Shown: positions 48,519 through 59,187, counted from the stretch's first letter. The stretch: DNA of 64,000 bases from a bacterium (GCA_965218795.1 OZ244653.1:128001-192000), one strand, 5' to 3'. The notes: generated from the sequence alone by a model not told the origin. A program made the numbers and translations.

Positions 48519-49929
48519 TGGATTTACCCCGTTTCAGTGGACAGTTTATGGCTGTCGTCCCCAGCCCTGAGGTGGGCGACAGCCGGTGGACGTAAAGTCT
48601 TCTCCCTATCCGATAGATAGGGTGCCCCCGGGGGGTATGTCTTGACCTTTGGCTCGCCGCTCTGGGAAGCGCCGGGGACGGCTCGAGCCGGACGATGAGC
48701 GTTGCGCACTGCACGTGGCGTTTCCTTCGCCGCGGCGCGTTCGAAGTCGTTGGGGCTGAGGTAACCCAGGGCCGAATGACGACGGCGTGGGTTGTACCAG
48801 CCTTCGATGAATTGGAAGATCGCCATGCGCGCTTCGGCCTGGGTACGGAACGAGCGCCGGTCGATGAGCTCGCACTCCAGCGTGGCAAAGAAGCTCTCGG
48901 CCATGGCGTTGTCGAAGCAATCCCCGGCCGACCCGGTCGAGGGAACCACCCCCATCTGGCGGCACCGCTTGCCGAAGGCGAGCGAAGTGTACTGCGATCC
49001 CCTGTCGGAGTGATGCACGACCCCGTCGGGGCGGCGCTGTCCCAACGCCATGTTCAGCGCCCCGAGCACCAGTTCGGTGCGAAGATGGTGGGTCATGGAC
49101 CAGCCCACCGCCCGGCGGCTGAACACGTCGAGCACGATGGCCAGGTACACGAACCCCGTCCAGGTCGGCACGTAGGTCACGTCGGCCACCCAAAGCCGAT
49201 CCGGCCCATCGGCCTGGAACTGGCGTTCGACCCGGTCCGGGACCACACAATGGCTCTGGTCCACGCGCGTAGTGCGCATACCTCGGCGTCGGCTCACCCC
49301 GGCCAACCCTGCCTCGCGCATCAGACGAGCCACCCGTTTGCGGCTCACCCGGCAGCCGCCGGCCATCAGCTCGGCATGGACCCGAGGCGCCCCGTAGGTG
49401 CCACCAGATGCCTCGTGGATGGCCCGTATCGTGCCCCCCAACACCTCGTCGCGCTTCGCACGAGGAGAACGCCCACGGCCTCGCCACGCGTAGTACCCGC
49501 TGGGGGAGACGCCCAGCACCCGGCACATCGTGGCCACCCGATGATGGGCCTGATTCGCCTTCACGAGCTCGAGGACTTCGCCCGGACCGAGCCGGTCTCC
49601 CGAGCGAACCAAGCCGTAGCTTTTGCCAGTATCTCGCGTTCTTCGCGAAGCTGACGAACCTCTCGACGAAGCCGTCGCAGCTCCTCAAGCTCGGCGCTTG
49701 TCAGACCATCCTCACGACGGCCTTCGTCCCGGTCGGCCTGACGCACCCAGTTGCGAATCGCCGAAGCGGAACACTCGAACTCCCGGGCCAGCTCCCCGGG
49801 CGTACGGCCCGAGCGAACCAGCTCGACCATCTGGCGCCGGTACTCCGGCGCGTAGGGTGAATGAGTTTTCGCCATCGGAACACCTCCTCCGCACAGTCTG
49901 AAGGTGTCCACTGAAACAGGTCAACTCCA
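48519..49929 (-). mobile_element. IS3-family IS (second type), apparently intact
   Basis: IRs TGGATTTACCCCGTTTCAGTGGACA / TGTCCACTGAAACAGGTCAACTCCA; 3-bp duplication TGC; orfA 49561-49875, orfB 48524-49612 with WVADVTY, HSDRGSQY, DNAMAESFF. Confidence 0.93.
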
Positions 49930-51071
49930 TGCACCGAATCCCGCGCCAGATGCGCGTACCGAGCCGTGGTCTCCACCTGGCTGTGGCCCAACAGCTTGCC
50001 GATCATCGGCAAGCTCTCCCCCAGCGCCAGGGCCCTGGACGCGAAGCTGTGACGCAGGTCATGAATCCGGACGTCCTCCAGGCCTGCCCTCGCCCGGATG
50101 ACCTGCCAGGCCTGATCCACGTTGCTCATATGCGTGCCCGGCTTCCGCCCGGGAATGACCCACGGGTTGCCCTCCATGCGCGGCAGACCGGAAAGAAGTT
50201 TCACCGCCGAGGGCGACAGTGGAATCATCCTTGCGCCCGTCTTGGCGTCGGGCAGCCTCAACTCGTTCTGATCCAGCGCCACGTCCTCCCAGCGCAGGGT
50301 CAGGATCTCGTTCTTCCGGCATCCGGTCAGCATCAGCAGACGGATGGCCGCCACCGCCGGCGCCGATGCGCCGCCCTGGGCCTCGACCTCATCCAGCACC
50401 TGCCCCAGGCGGGTGAACTCCCCATCGGTCAGAAACCGTTCCTGCTTGCGCAAGGGATACTTGACGACAGAGCGGCAGGGGTTGCACCCCTCCGGAACGA
50501 GTCCCCAGCCCTCGGCCAGCCTGTACATCAGCGACAGGGTGCGGACCACCATGTTCGCAATGGAAGGTGTCTCGCACAGGCGTTGATGCAGCTCCGTGAC
50601 CTGCGCGCGCTCGACCGCCACGAGAGACAGCCTGCCGAGAACGGGCACGATATGACGGTTCACCACCGTGCGGGTCGATGCTGCGGTACGCGGCTTGCAG
50701 CGCACGGCCACATGCTCTTCGAGAAACCGCCTTGCAAGCTCGCCCACGGTCGGCCCCCCGGACAGCCTGACCGACATCGGCTCGGGCACCGGCTCCGCGC
50801 CCGCCTTGACCCGGGCGATGATCAAGGCCGCCCTCTGACGCGCCTGCTCCGCGCCGAGCACCCCGTGCCGACCCACCGTGACCCGCTTCGGTCCCCCCGG
50901 TCCCCGGGCCTGGGCGATATAGACCTTTCCGCCCGTGGGATAGACCCGCACCCCGAATCCCGTGAGCTCGTGATCCCAGAACACCGTGTCCTTTTGGACC
51001 TTCAGCTTCTCGACCGTGCGGTTCGAGAGCGTCTTGTATGCCAGCTTCGCCATGTCCGGATCCAGCCTCAT
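49930..51071 (-). CDS. Tyrosine recombinase/integrase 1 with arm-binding N-terminus; last helix displaced by IS3
   Basis: WD..LTGFGVRV..TG.K; TGCRKNE, KTG, IHDLRHSF, LGH, TARY. Confidence 0.9.
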
Positions 51072-51500
51072 GCCGCCTCGGTGCTCCGCGGCCCGATGTG
51101 GGCCCCGATGCTGTCGCCCACCCGGGTGGCCGCGACCTTCTCCGCATCCCGCATCAGGTGCGCGTACCGCGCTGTTGTCCCCACCTTCCTGTGACCGAGC
51201 AGCTTCCCGATCGTGGGCAGGCTCTCGCCAAGCGCCAGGGCCCTCGATGCATAGGAATGCCGTATGTCATGGATCCGAACGTCCTCGAGTCCCGCCTTTG
51301 CCCGGATGGATTGCCAGTAGTTATCGAGCTTCGTCAGGCCGGTCCCCGGCCTTTGCCCGACAAGCACCCAGGGAGCGCCGTCGATACGGGGAATGCCGTC
51401 AAGCACCGTCAGAACAGGCCCGGTCAAGGGCACCATGCGCGGGCCCGCCTTGGCGTCCCTGAGCCTCAGCTCGCCCGCCGTGCGGTCCACGTCGTCCCAG
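51068..51500 (-). pseudogene. Tyrosine recombinase 2, catalytic C-terminal half only
   Basis: WDDVD...DAKAG...IHDIRHSYASRALALGESLP.IGKLLGH...TTARYAHL; N-terminal domains and first catalytic Arg missing. Confidence 0.85.
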
Positions 51501-51644
51501 CATTTATGGATACAATTGCGCAAGGATGCTCACACGTACGCAGGAAACGATAAAAAGAACCTGTTTTCAGATGGTTATAAGGATAAACCATGCGTCACGA
51601 ATCGCCGGACACATCCCCCTCTGCACCCTGATTTCTTTTCAGGT

Positions 51645-51685
51645 GTTGAATATCGGGTTGAATATTCCGCGCGCTCCGGTATAAT
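51645..51685 (+). promoter_or_regulatory. Promoter of integrase 3 overlapped by direct repeats
   Basis: GTTGAATAT x2 (51645, 51657); TTGAAT-N16-TATAAT, with ATG 6 nt after the -10. Confidence 0.6.
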
Positions 51686-51691
51686 GGCCAC

Positions 51692-53032
51692 ATGAAAAAT
51701 CACTCTGCAAAACGCGTCGCCAGGGTCAAGCTGACCCTGACCAAACGAACCGTCGAGGCCCTAGAGCCCGCCGACAAGCCCTGGATCGCGTGGGACGACA
51801 AGCTGACCGGATTCGGCGTCCGTGTCCAGCCCTCGGGCGCCAGGACCTTCGTCGTCAACTACCGCGCCGGAGACGGTGGACGCAAGGCCCCCAACAAGCG
51901 CGTCACCCTGGGACGCTACGGGCGCATCACCCCCGACAAGGCGCGGCGCATGGCCCAGGAACTGCTCGGGCGCGTCGCCGGAGGGGAGGATCCCGCCACG
52001 GAGCGCGCCGGGGCGCGGGGAATGCCCACCCTCGGGGAAGCGTTCGAGGACTACATGGCCGCCAACCCCAACCGCAAGTGGACGACGGTGGGGCGCTACC
52101 GCCAGAACATGCGGGTCAATCTGCCCGACTGGCGCGCTCGCCCGCTCGCCGCCATCACCCGGCGCGACATCGAGGGGCGGTTCCATCTCATCACCGAGGA
52201 GCACGGCTGGGCGACCGCCAACCAGACGATTTCGTTGTTGCGTTCCATTTACCGCCGGTCCTGCGTCGATCACGAGGGCTTGCGCAACCCGGTGGAGCTC
52301 TGGCTCGCCGGCGGCGGGCGCTATCACCCCAAGCGGCGGCGGCGCATCTCGGCTCCGGGCGAGGTGCTGCCGCGATGGCGCGCCGGCATCGAGGCCGTCG
52401 GTCTCCCGCCCGCCCACCGTGACATCTTCCTCGTCGGGGTCTACACCGGCATGCGCCTGGGCGAGATCGTCTCGCTCCGATGGGAGAGGGTGGACCTGGA
52501 GCGGCGCATCCTGCGGGTCGAGGAGACCAAGACCGGGGAGCCGCTCGAGCTGCCCGTCACCCGGCAACTGGCCGCGATATTGGTGCGCCGCCGCAATGAC
52601 GGCGATGACCCTGGCGGCTGGGTGTTCCCTTCGTCCATGAGCGCGACAGGGCATCTCGGAGGCATTCACCAGTATTACGTCGAAATCGGGCGCGCCGCCG
52701 GGACCCGGTTCTGGTTCCACGGCCTGCGCAATGTCTTCATCACGGTGGCCGAGCGCGAACTGATGCTGCCGCGCTCGCTCACCAAGCGACTGGTCAATCA
52801 CGCCCGCGACGACGACATCACCGAAGGCTATGCGGCGGACTGGACCGTCGAGCAGCTTCGCGATCCCGCGCAACGCGTCGCCGACCGTATCGATGAACTG
52901 ATGAACGCGGATGCGGACCCGCAGGACTCGATGGCGCAAGCCGTTCCCGGAGCACCTGCTACGGGAGCGCGTGGTGGTGCCGGAGCCGACATCCCGCGCG
53001 TGCTGCGGCTCGGAGCGGCTGTTGGAAGGTGA
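51692..53032 (+). CDS. Tyrosine recombinase/integrase 3 with arm-binding N-terminus
   Basis: WDDKLTGFGVRV; TGMRLGE, KTG, FHGLR, VNH, ITEGY; the tail reads into an IS66 remnant. Confidence 0.9.
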   Translation: MKNHSAKRVARVKLTLTKRTVEALEPADKPWIAWDDKLTGFGVRVQPSGARTFVVNYRAGDGGRKAPNKRVTLGRYGRITPDKARRMAQELLGRVAGGEDPATERAGARGMPTLGEAFEDYMAANPNRKWTTVGRYRQNMRVNLPDWRARPLAAITRRDIEGRFHLITEEHGWATANQTISLLRSIYRRSCVDHEGLRNPVELWLAGGGRYHPKRRRRISAPGEVLPRWRAGIEAVGLPPAHRDIFLVGVYTGMRLGEIVSLRWERVDLERRILRVEETKTGEPLELPVTRQLAAILVRRRNDGDDPGGWVFPSSMSATGHLGGIHQYYVEIGRAAGTRFWFHGLRNVFITVAERELMLPRSLTKRLVNHARDDDITEGYAADWTVEQLRDPAQRVADRIDELMNADADPQDSMAQAVPGAPATGARGGAGADIPRVLRLGAAVGR

Positions 53033-53356
53033 TCCAGACGGTGCGCGAGAAGTTCGTTTGCCGCGAGGGCGTCGATCTCAGCCTGTCGACCCTGGCCGAC
53101 CAGGTGGGCGCTCAGGTCGCTCTGTCTCGGAAGACGGTCCTGGCTGTTCGCCAACTCCGATCGCGGCGGGGCCAGGGCCTCCGCATAGAGATTGTGATCG
53201 ATTGTAACTCAATCATGCAGGCCCCAATCCGCTCTCATCTCCACCGTCTCAAACGGTCAAATTTACTGCACAGAGGCACTAGTCGCCGGACGGTCCGACC
53301 ACCGCACGTCCAGCCTGTTGACACCCACGCGTACCGCTGGCCCGGTCGGCCCTTAC
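52930..53356 (+). mobile_element. Internally deleted IS66 remnant
   Basis: RKPFPEHL.RERVV...CCG, VIQTVREKF, GVDLSLSTLADQVG; ends ...CCCTTAC. Confidence 0.7.
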
Positions 53357-53450
53357 ATTGTCGCGAGTTCCCGCCCCGTACGCATTGGGCTTCCCTTTGC
53401 ACGTCAGCCACGGCTCTGCTTTGTACACCCTTACAGCAGAATTTCGTCCC

Positions 53451-54407
53451 CTATTCGCCTCCAGTCCCAGTATCGCGGGCAGTCAGGTCTTCAAATCCTT
53501 CCAGCAAGTCCAGATGCTGCTCCGGAAAGTGCACGAAGAGTTCGTCATCGTAGCTCAGCTCATCCTTCCGAAGATTGAAAGTACCCCGCTCTTCGCGCAT
53601 CTCGTAGAACTCCACCGATCGACTCCTGTCCTCCAAAGCCTTCATGACCGTGTACTTGACCGACTCCATACACTTCATCCCGAATATGATTTCTTTCAGT
53701 TCCAGGGGCGAACCCTCAGTCCCCCGACGCCCAATCAACCGCCACTCCCGTTCGTACGCCCAACTCTCCGCCTTCCTCAACATCACGGCTTCGTCCACCC
53801 TGGCGCGAGCTTCATCATCTCCGTTCAGCATGGCGCCCACCTCGCTCGCCTTCACCAGCCTAGCTCCATCGTACGCTACTTTATGGACATCCCCTGTAGC
53901 CCGCTCCGGTACTGAATAGCCCAGGCAAATCCCGCGATGCTGGTCCCCATAGTGGCTCCACATCAGCGGGCAGTCGTCCTGCTCTGCAAACGAAACAATG
54001 CCCTTCTCGTATCGCCGAAGCAGTTCCAACTCGATGCGATACCTTAGCGTCATTTCAGTATCGAATTCTGGGTTCATGGCGCTGTACTCGATCTCAGCCA
54101 TTCGCTCATCGGCTTGGCCGCGACTGCGCTTCTCGATCAGATCTGTCGTTTTGGGGCCCTTGAGCCTCATAGCATTCGCTGCCGCGCGCATTTCTGCAGC
54201 GTTGCGTTGTTCGGTCAGCCTCCACAGAATGCTTCCGAGCTCACCGACACCCACATCGTTGTCAAGCGAAGGCCGGGTATCCAGCGGATCGTTGAACGTG
54301 CTCGGGTCGGCAAAATGGAGCTTGTCTCCCACGACCATGTCCAAAGTGCGGGCGGTCAAGGCACGATACTTGTACAACCGCCTCGGCGGTCTCTTCGCTC
54401 TTTCCAT
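53451..54407 (-). CDS. DUF2971 domain protein
   Basis: LYKYR, FNDP.D, LMWSHY.D.H.GICL, K..SWAYEREWR, IIFG. Confidence 0.85.
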   Translation of the reverse strand: MERAKRPPRRLYKYRALTARTLDMVVGDKLHFADPSTFNDPLDTRPSLDNDVGVGELGSILWRLTEQRNAAEMRAAANAMRLKGPKTTDLIEKRSRGQADERMAEIEYSAMNPEFDTEMTLRYRIELELLRRYEKGIVSFAEQDDCPLMWSHYGDQHRGICLGYSVPERATGDVHKVAYDGARLVKASEVGAMLNGDDEARARVDEAVMLRKAESWAYEREWRLIGRRGTEGSPLELKEIIFGMKCMESVKYTVMKALEDRSRSVEFYEMREERGTFNLRKDELSYDDELFVHFPEQHLDLLEGFEDLTARDTGTGGE

Positions 54408-54564
54408 GATTTACTGTCCGAATCCGAATACTAACGGTTCCCGAGTCGCGGTGTGCCCCGTCAACAGATCATGCGGCGGAGGTCTGTCGACTGTCGCCTA
54501 TCGGTACGACCTTCGGGGTACGCGCGACACCGCCTGCTTCGTGGGTCCGTTCCAACTGCAAGGA

Positions 54565-55372
54565 GAAGTGGACCCCGGATTTTGGACAGCCCCGTAAGTG
54601 GAATCTTCCATGGTGATCAGGCAGCCATTTCGGGGCGAGCCAAATCGTAGTACACCGCATCCGGGGTGCGTCGGCCCAAGGCGCTATGACGGCGCTGGGC
54701 GTTGTAGAACTCGAAGTACCGGGCCAGCCCGGCTCGTAGTGCGGCCGGGGTCTCGTAGGCGCGCAGGAGGTACACATCCTCGTACTTTACACTGCGCCAC
54801 AGTCGTTCGACGAACACGTTGTCCAACCACCGGCCCTTGCCGTCCATGCTGATGGCGATGTCGTGGCTCGCGAGAATGCCGGTGAACGCTTCCGAAGTGA
54901 ATTGGGCGCCCTGGTCGGTGTTGAAGATGTCCGGCTTGCCGAAGCGCTGCAAGGCCTCCTCGAGCGCTTCGAGGCAGAACGCCGTGTCCAGGGTGTTCGA
55001 CACACGCCATGCAAGCACGCGGCGGGAGTGGAAGTCCATGATGGCCATCAAGTACATGAACCCCTTGGCCATCGGGAGATAACAGATGTCGGCCGCCCAG
55101 ACTTGGTTGGGGCGCTCAACGGTGAGGTCCCTGAGCCGGTAGGGGTACACCTTGTGCCCCTTGCCCGGATGTGTGGTGCGACGCCTTGGATACAGCGCTC
55201 TGAGACCCATGTGGCGCATCAGACGCTGAACCCGCTTGCGGTTGACGCGGTGGCCCCGGTTTTCGAGTTCGTCACGGATACGCCGGCTCCCGTAGAACGG
55301 GCGCTCAAGGTGAATCTCGTCGATGAGCCGCATCAAGGGGAGGTCGGCCTCACCGACCGGCTCCAGCAACAA
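54565..55372 (-). mobile_element. IS3-family remnant (orfB and right end; 5'-truncated)
   Basis: WAADICY, NTDQGAQF, DNVFVERLWRSVKYE; related to but distinct from copies A/B. Confidence 0.85.
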
Positions 55373-55377
55373 AAAGA

Positions 55378-55896
55378 TTATTTTGATTCTACCAAACGCT
55401 CTTGCAGCTCAATGGCTTGCATCAGAACCGCGTTGGCGTGATTGAAATTCTCACACTGGCCACGAAACTTGTCGGCCCACTTTTCGCCATGAAACAGGTT
55501 GTTTCGAAAGCGGTAGACAATGATGAGCAACGCAGCGGCAATCTCGGCTAAGTTCGCATCGTCGCTTTGTAGAACTTTTTTCACCGAGTCCAGTTGGTTG
55601 CCCTGCGGGAGACGGAGCCGAGCAAAATGGTTGGTGAATGCGCCGTTCGCATAATACCGATTTTGAAAATAGGCAAGTTCCGGGCTGAAAGAATCATCGA
55701 CAAGCAGACCCTGGTCAGCCCACTGTTCGGCGACTGCCCGAATCGCATTTGCGTTGCCGCGGGTTTTCAATGCCTTGGCTTCGAACAGGCTCCACAGCAG
55801 CGAGAATTGCATGATCGCATCCCGCTCGACATCCGACAGGTCGCAAAAGCCGGGTGCATTGTCGTGAAGCCAGTCAATTACGTTCATTTGGGTCAA
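55378..55896 (-). CDS. HEPN-like domain protein
   Basis: FSLLWSLFE near the N-terminus; RxxxxH motif YRFRNNLFHGEK. Confidence 0.7.
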   Translation of the reverse strand: MTQMNVIDWLHDNAPGFCDLSDVERDAIMQFSLLWSLFEAKALKTRGNANAIRAVAEQWADQGLLVDDSFSPELAYFQNRYYANGAFTNHFARLRLPQGNQLDSVKKVLQSDDANLAEIAAALLIIVYRFRNNLFHGEKWADKFRGQCENFNHANAVLMQAIELQERLVESK

Positions 55897-56189
55897 CTAG
55901 AGCAATAGTATGGAGGATTTTCGCAGTGCTCCTCCAACGTCTCCACCGGAAATGTCCGCGCAATCGCTGGATAGTGCTCACAGCGAGACCTAATGCGCTT
56001 CCAGTCGATTAGCCGGTGGACGAATTCACGCTGAGTTGGCTTGTGTTGAAGCGTGGTCATTGGTCATATCGCATAAGGGCGGCTCTCGTGACTCGTGTTG
56101 CTGCAGCTGGTAACGCTCAACCTGGATATGGTCTTCGCCCTAGCGCACTTGCACCAGATGGTAGGTGGTCTGTCGGCATAGTCAGAAAC

Positions 56190-56270
56190 GGCGTTAAAAC
56201 ATCCTGCCTTCTCCAGCCGAATGGCTGTCTCCGGTGGCATGGCCGCATGGGCATTCGGTACGCACGGCCG
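56190..56270 (-). pseudogene. HigA-type antitoxin remnant
   Basis: NAHAAMPPETAIRLEKAG resembles the HigA NG...SPEMA.RL.KA segment. Confidence 0.4.
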
Positions 56271-56286
56271 CCTCACATGCCGGAAT

Positions 56287-56679
56287 TTACAGCAGCGACA
56301 CACCCTCAAGCCGTGCCGCCTTCTGATCGAAGGTGTAAAGGGGATGAGCCCCGGATCGTTTCGCCGCCGCCAGAATCATCTGGTCAGAAAATTCGGAGCC
56401 ACCCGTCCGGTATCGGAACGCTGCGCGGGCTACATCGTCGGCCGCTTCGACCACGAGACCCTCGGTCGTCACCAGCTCTTCCAGTATCGTCGCAATCCGG
56501 GCGCGGGAATAGCCATAGGCCCTCTCCAACACCCAGGCGAGCTCAACCGTTACCTCCCGGCACACGTAGCCGGGCCGACCGGCGGTAAGCGATTCCAGGA
56601 GCCTCCGGGCGGCTTCCGCCTGTTCGGCGTCATCACGTACGAGGTAGCGGACGAGGACGTTGGTATCGACTGCGATCAT
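56287..56679 (-). CDS. vapC: PIN-domain toxin
   Basis: MIAVDTNVLVRYL, ELAWVL, FSD..I, LYTFD. Confidence 0.88.
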   Translation of the reverse strand: MIAVDTNVLVRYLVRDDAEQAEAARRLLESLTAGRPGYVCREVTVELAWVLERAYGYSRARIATILEELVTTEGLVVEAADDVARAAFRYRTGGSEFSDQMILAAAKRSGAHPLYTFDQKAARLEGVSLL

Positions 56680-56909
56680 CCCTTGCACGCCCCATCGGCG
56701 ATGGCCCGCTCCATTTCCTCCACCGTGACGGCGGGGCCGTCATGCCGGAGGGCGCCGAACAGCCGGCTGATGGGGCGCACGGGCAGAATGCGCACTTCGC
56801 CATCGGCGATAACGTAGCGCACCCGGTCCCCAGCCTGCAAGCCAAGCGAATCCCGCACGGGCTTGGGCAGGGTCGTTTGCCCCTTCTTTGTGACAGAAGA
56901 TTCGATCAT
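56676..56909 (-). CDS. vapB: AbrB/MazE-type antitoxin
   Basis: SVTKKGQTTLPKPVRDSLGL.AGD.V; ATGA coupling to the PIN gene. Confidence 0.85.
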   Translation of the reverse strand: MIESSVTKKGQTTLPKPVRDSLGLQAGDRVRYVIADGEVRILPVRPISRLFGALRHDGPAVTVEEMERAIADGACKG

Positions 56910-56932
56910 GACAATTCCTCATTCAGCCTTTC

Positions 56933-56961
56933 AATATATAGATCTGCCTTATTTTTGTCAA
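56933..56961 (-). promoter_or_regulatory. Sigma70 promoter of the TA operon
   Basis: TTGACA-N17-TATATT. Confidence 0.65.
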
Positions 56962-57145
56962 TTATCAAGGAACTTCTTGTAATCTCCGCACCTTCGTAGC
57001 TCATCATCTGCCGGTCTCCCTTTCTCCCCGCCCCACTCGACACCGTTCCTTGTGCGCCGGTAAGTAACCGCTCAAGACCACCAAGGGGGCTGGTGGCGAC
57101 AGCCCAAACCCGTCCACCAAAACGGGGATTCTCTAAGTAACTCCA

Positions 57146-58485
57146 ATGTGGAAAGTTTCAACGGGAAGCTGAGAGATGAGCACCTGAACGTGGAGGTGTT
57201 GGAGGCGCTGAAGGAAGCCCAGGTGCTGGTGGAGAGGTGGAGGCGGGCGTACAGCTAGTACCTTGTAACAGAGACTTTGCTAGTGGTGATTCGCCGTGAG
57301 CCATCAGTATAGCTCCACTTGATGGGTTTGGGTTTCTTGTTGCACTGTCGAATATAGCGCATCAGTTTTCGAGCCAAATCAGGAACCGAAGTGAAGACGC
57401 CGCGGGCAATGACGTCGCGTTGGATTTTTGAGAACCAGATTTCGACCTGATTCAACCAAGAGGAATAAGTTGGGGTGAAATGCAAATGCACGCGCGGGTG
57501 AGCGTCAAGAAACTGTCGCACGCGGCGGCTCTTATGAGCCGACAGATTGTCTGCGATGATGTGAATTTCACGCCGCTTGGGTTGTCTGGCCACGATGCCA
57601 GAAAGGAAAGCCACAAAGGCCTCGCTGGTGTGCCTCGCTGCGGTCTTGCCGATGACCTCGCCGGTCTTTGTATTCAGGGCCGCATACAGCGAGAGCGTTC
57701 CGTGCCGGTAATACTCGAAACCGTGACGCTCGGCGCGACCCGGAGAAAGCGGCAACACGGGATCGAATCGGTCCAAGGCCTGAATGGCGGTTTTTTCATC
57801 CACACAGAAAACGGCGGCGTGTTGCGGCGGGTTGACATAGAGGCCAATGATATCGGCCGCCTTCTTCTCAAAGTCCGGATCATTCGATGCCATGTAACGT
57901 TGAATGCGGTGGGGTTGCAGACCCGCACGTTTCCAAACCCGGGCCACCATCATGTGGTGGGTGCCCAACTGCCGCGCCAGCTTGCGACTACTCCAGTGCG
58001 TCGATCCGTCCGGTGGTCGGCGCCTGGTCCAGTCCAGAATCCGAGCCTCCAGCCGGGGGGTGCGCTTGTGAACCGCTCGACCGCAATGTCTGGAATACAA
58101 GCCGGCCAGTCCCTCTTGTTGGAACCGGGTCTTCCATCGGCTCACATACCGGGCATCGCAGCCCACGGCGCGCTGGATCCTCAAATAAGACTCCCCGGCA
58201 TCGAGCATCAGAATGACTTGGGCTCGTCGGACGTCTTCGGACCGCAGCACGCGCGAACGGGATCGCCGTTGCAGTTCTTCTCTTTCATCGGAAGTCAGCT
58301 GAATGGGGTGTTTGGCATGCATGATACTGTACCAAACATTACTGGCTATTTCAATGTTACAGTCCACTAGGCACCGCCCACTCACCATATTTAGCGGGAT
58401 TTTCTCGCACCCGGTGGTCCAACTTCGAGGGTAAGTGCCCCAGCGCCCGCTCCATTGGGTGGTCCAAATTTCGGGGAGCAGGTCA
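57146..58485 (+). mobile_element. IS3 remnant interrupted by IS630
   Basis: VESFNGKLRDE.LN.E....EAQ.LVE.WR..Y at 57146-57254; IS3-like right end GGTCCAAATTTCGGGGAGCAGGTCA ends at 58485. Confidence 0.65.
57256..58369 (-). mobile_element. IS630-family IS; transposase 57255-58322 intact
   Basis: CTAG at both ends; IRs TAGTACCTTGTAACA / TAGTGGACTGTAACA; VDEK, ADNLSAHK, FTPTYSSWLNQVEIWF. Confidence 0.92.
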
Positions 58486-58548
58486 GTGTCGTTAGCACAC
58501 AAGCGTCCCGGTCTGCGAAGGAACGACCGCAATCACGGATCCGAGAGA

Positions 58549-59187
58549 TCAATGAGGATAGGTAAACACGCCGCGGCACTCCGAATCCGCTAAGGCGCGT
58601 CGCTCTGACGGTTCCGGTGTCTCCAGTTCAAGTCTGACCGGCGTTCCATTGTGCTCGAGTACTACCTCGACCGCATTCAGTCGCGCGCCAATCGTGTCTT
58701 TGTGATCGTGCCGTGTTACCGTATTGCAGTGCGCTAGCACAGTACCCGGCAAGATCGCCGAATAGGATTGGCTCTCACCTCCTGCAAATAGGGTCAGTTT
58801 CTTTATGTCGGTCTTTAATCCATTGATCACAATTGTGTAACTCGCTTTACTGATGACGTCCGATGGAAATTTCGAGCGCAAGACTTTCACTGCATTGTTC
58901 ATTTCCTCTTGGCACTTGTTGATGATCAGTCGCGCGCTAACGCCCATGACTTTCAGGCTGTCAAATGTGTCGTTCGCCGCGCAAACGTATGACGATAGGG
59001 ACGTCATTTCAATTGGCTTGATGGTCACCTCTTTTGGAAACGTCGGCCGATACTGCCGCAAGGCAGATCGGATCAGGCCCTCTGCGTTCAGAAGATCGAC
59101 CAAGAGACTAACCGCAGGGATAACCACCATACCGGCCTTGACCACGGTACGCCATGTTACCTTGGTTGCTCTCATCGCACTTCGCAC
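58549..59187 (-). CDS. Hypothetical protein with N-terminal hydrophobic anchor
   Basis: 212-aa ORF overlapping the end of the upstream gene; hydrophobic AGMVVIPAVSLLVDLL. Confidence 0.6.
   Translation of the reverse strand: MRSAMRATKVTWRTVVKAGMVVIPAVSLLVDLLNAEGLIRSALRQYRPTFPKEVTIKPIEMTSLSSYVCAANDTFDSLKVMGVSARLIINKCQEEMNNAVKVLRSKFPSDVISKASYTIVINGLKTDIKKLTLFAGGESQSYSAILPGTVLAHCNTVTRHDHKDTIGARLNAVEVVLEHNGTPVRLELETPEPSERRALADSECRGVFTYPH

Noticed and set aside
48410-53032. Canonical RIT element, integron or prophage
   Set aside because: Genes are not all co-directional; no IntI-specific insertion or attC array recognised; no phage structural genes
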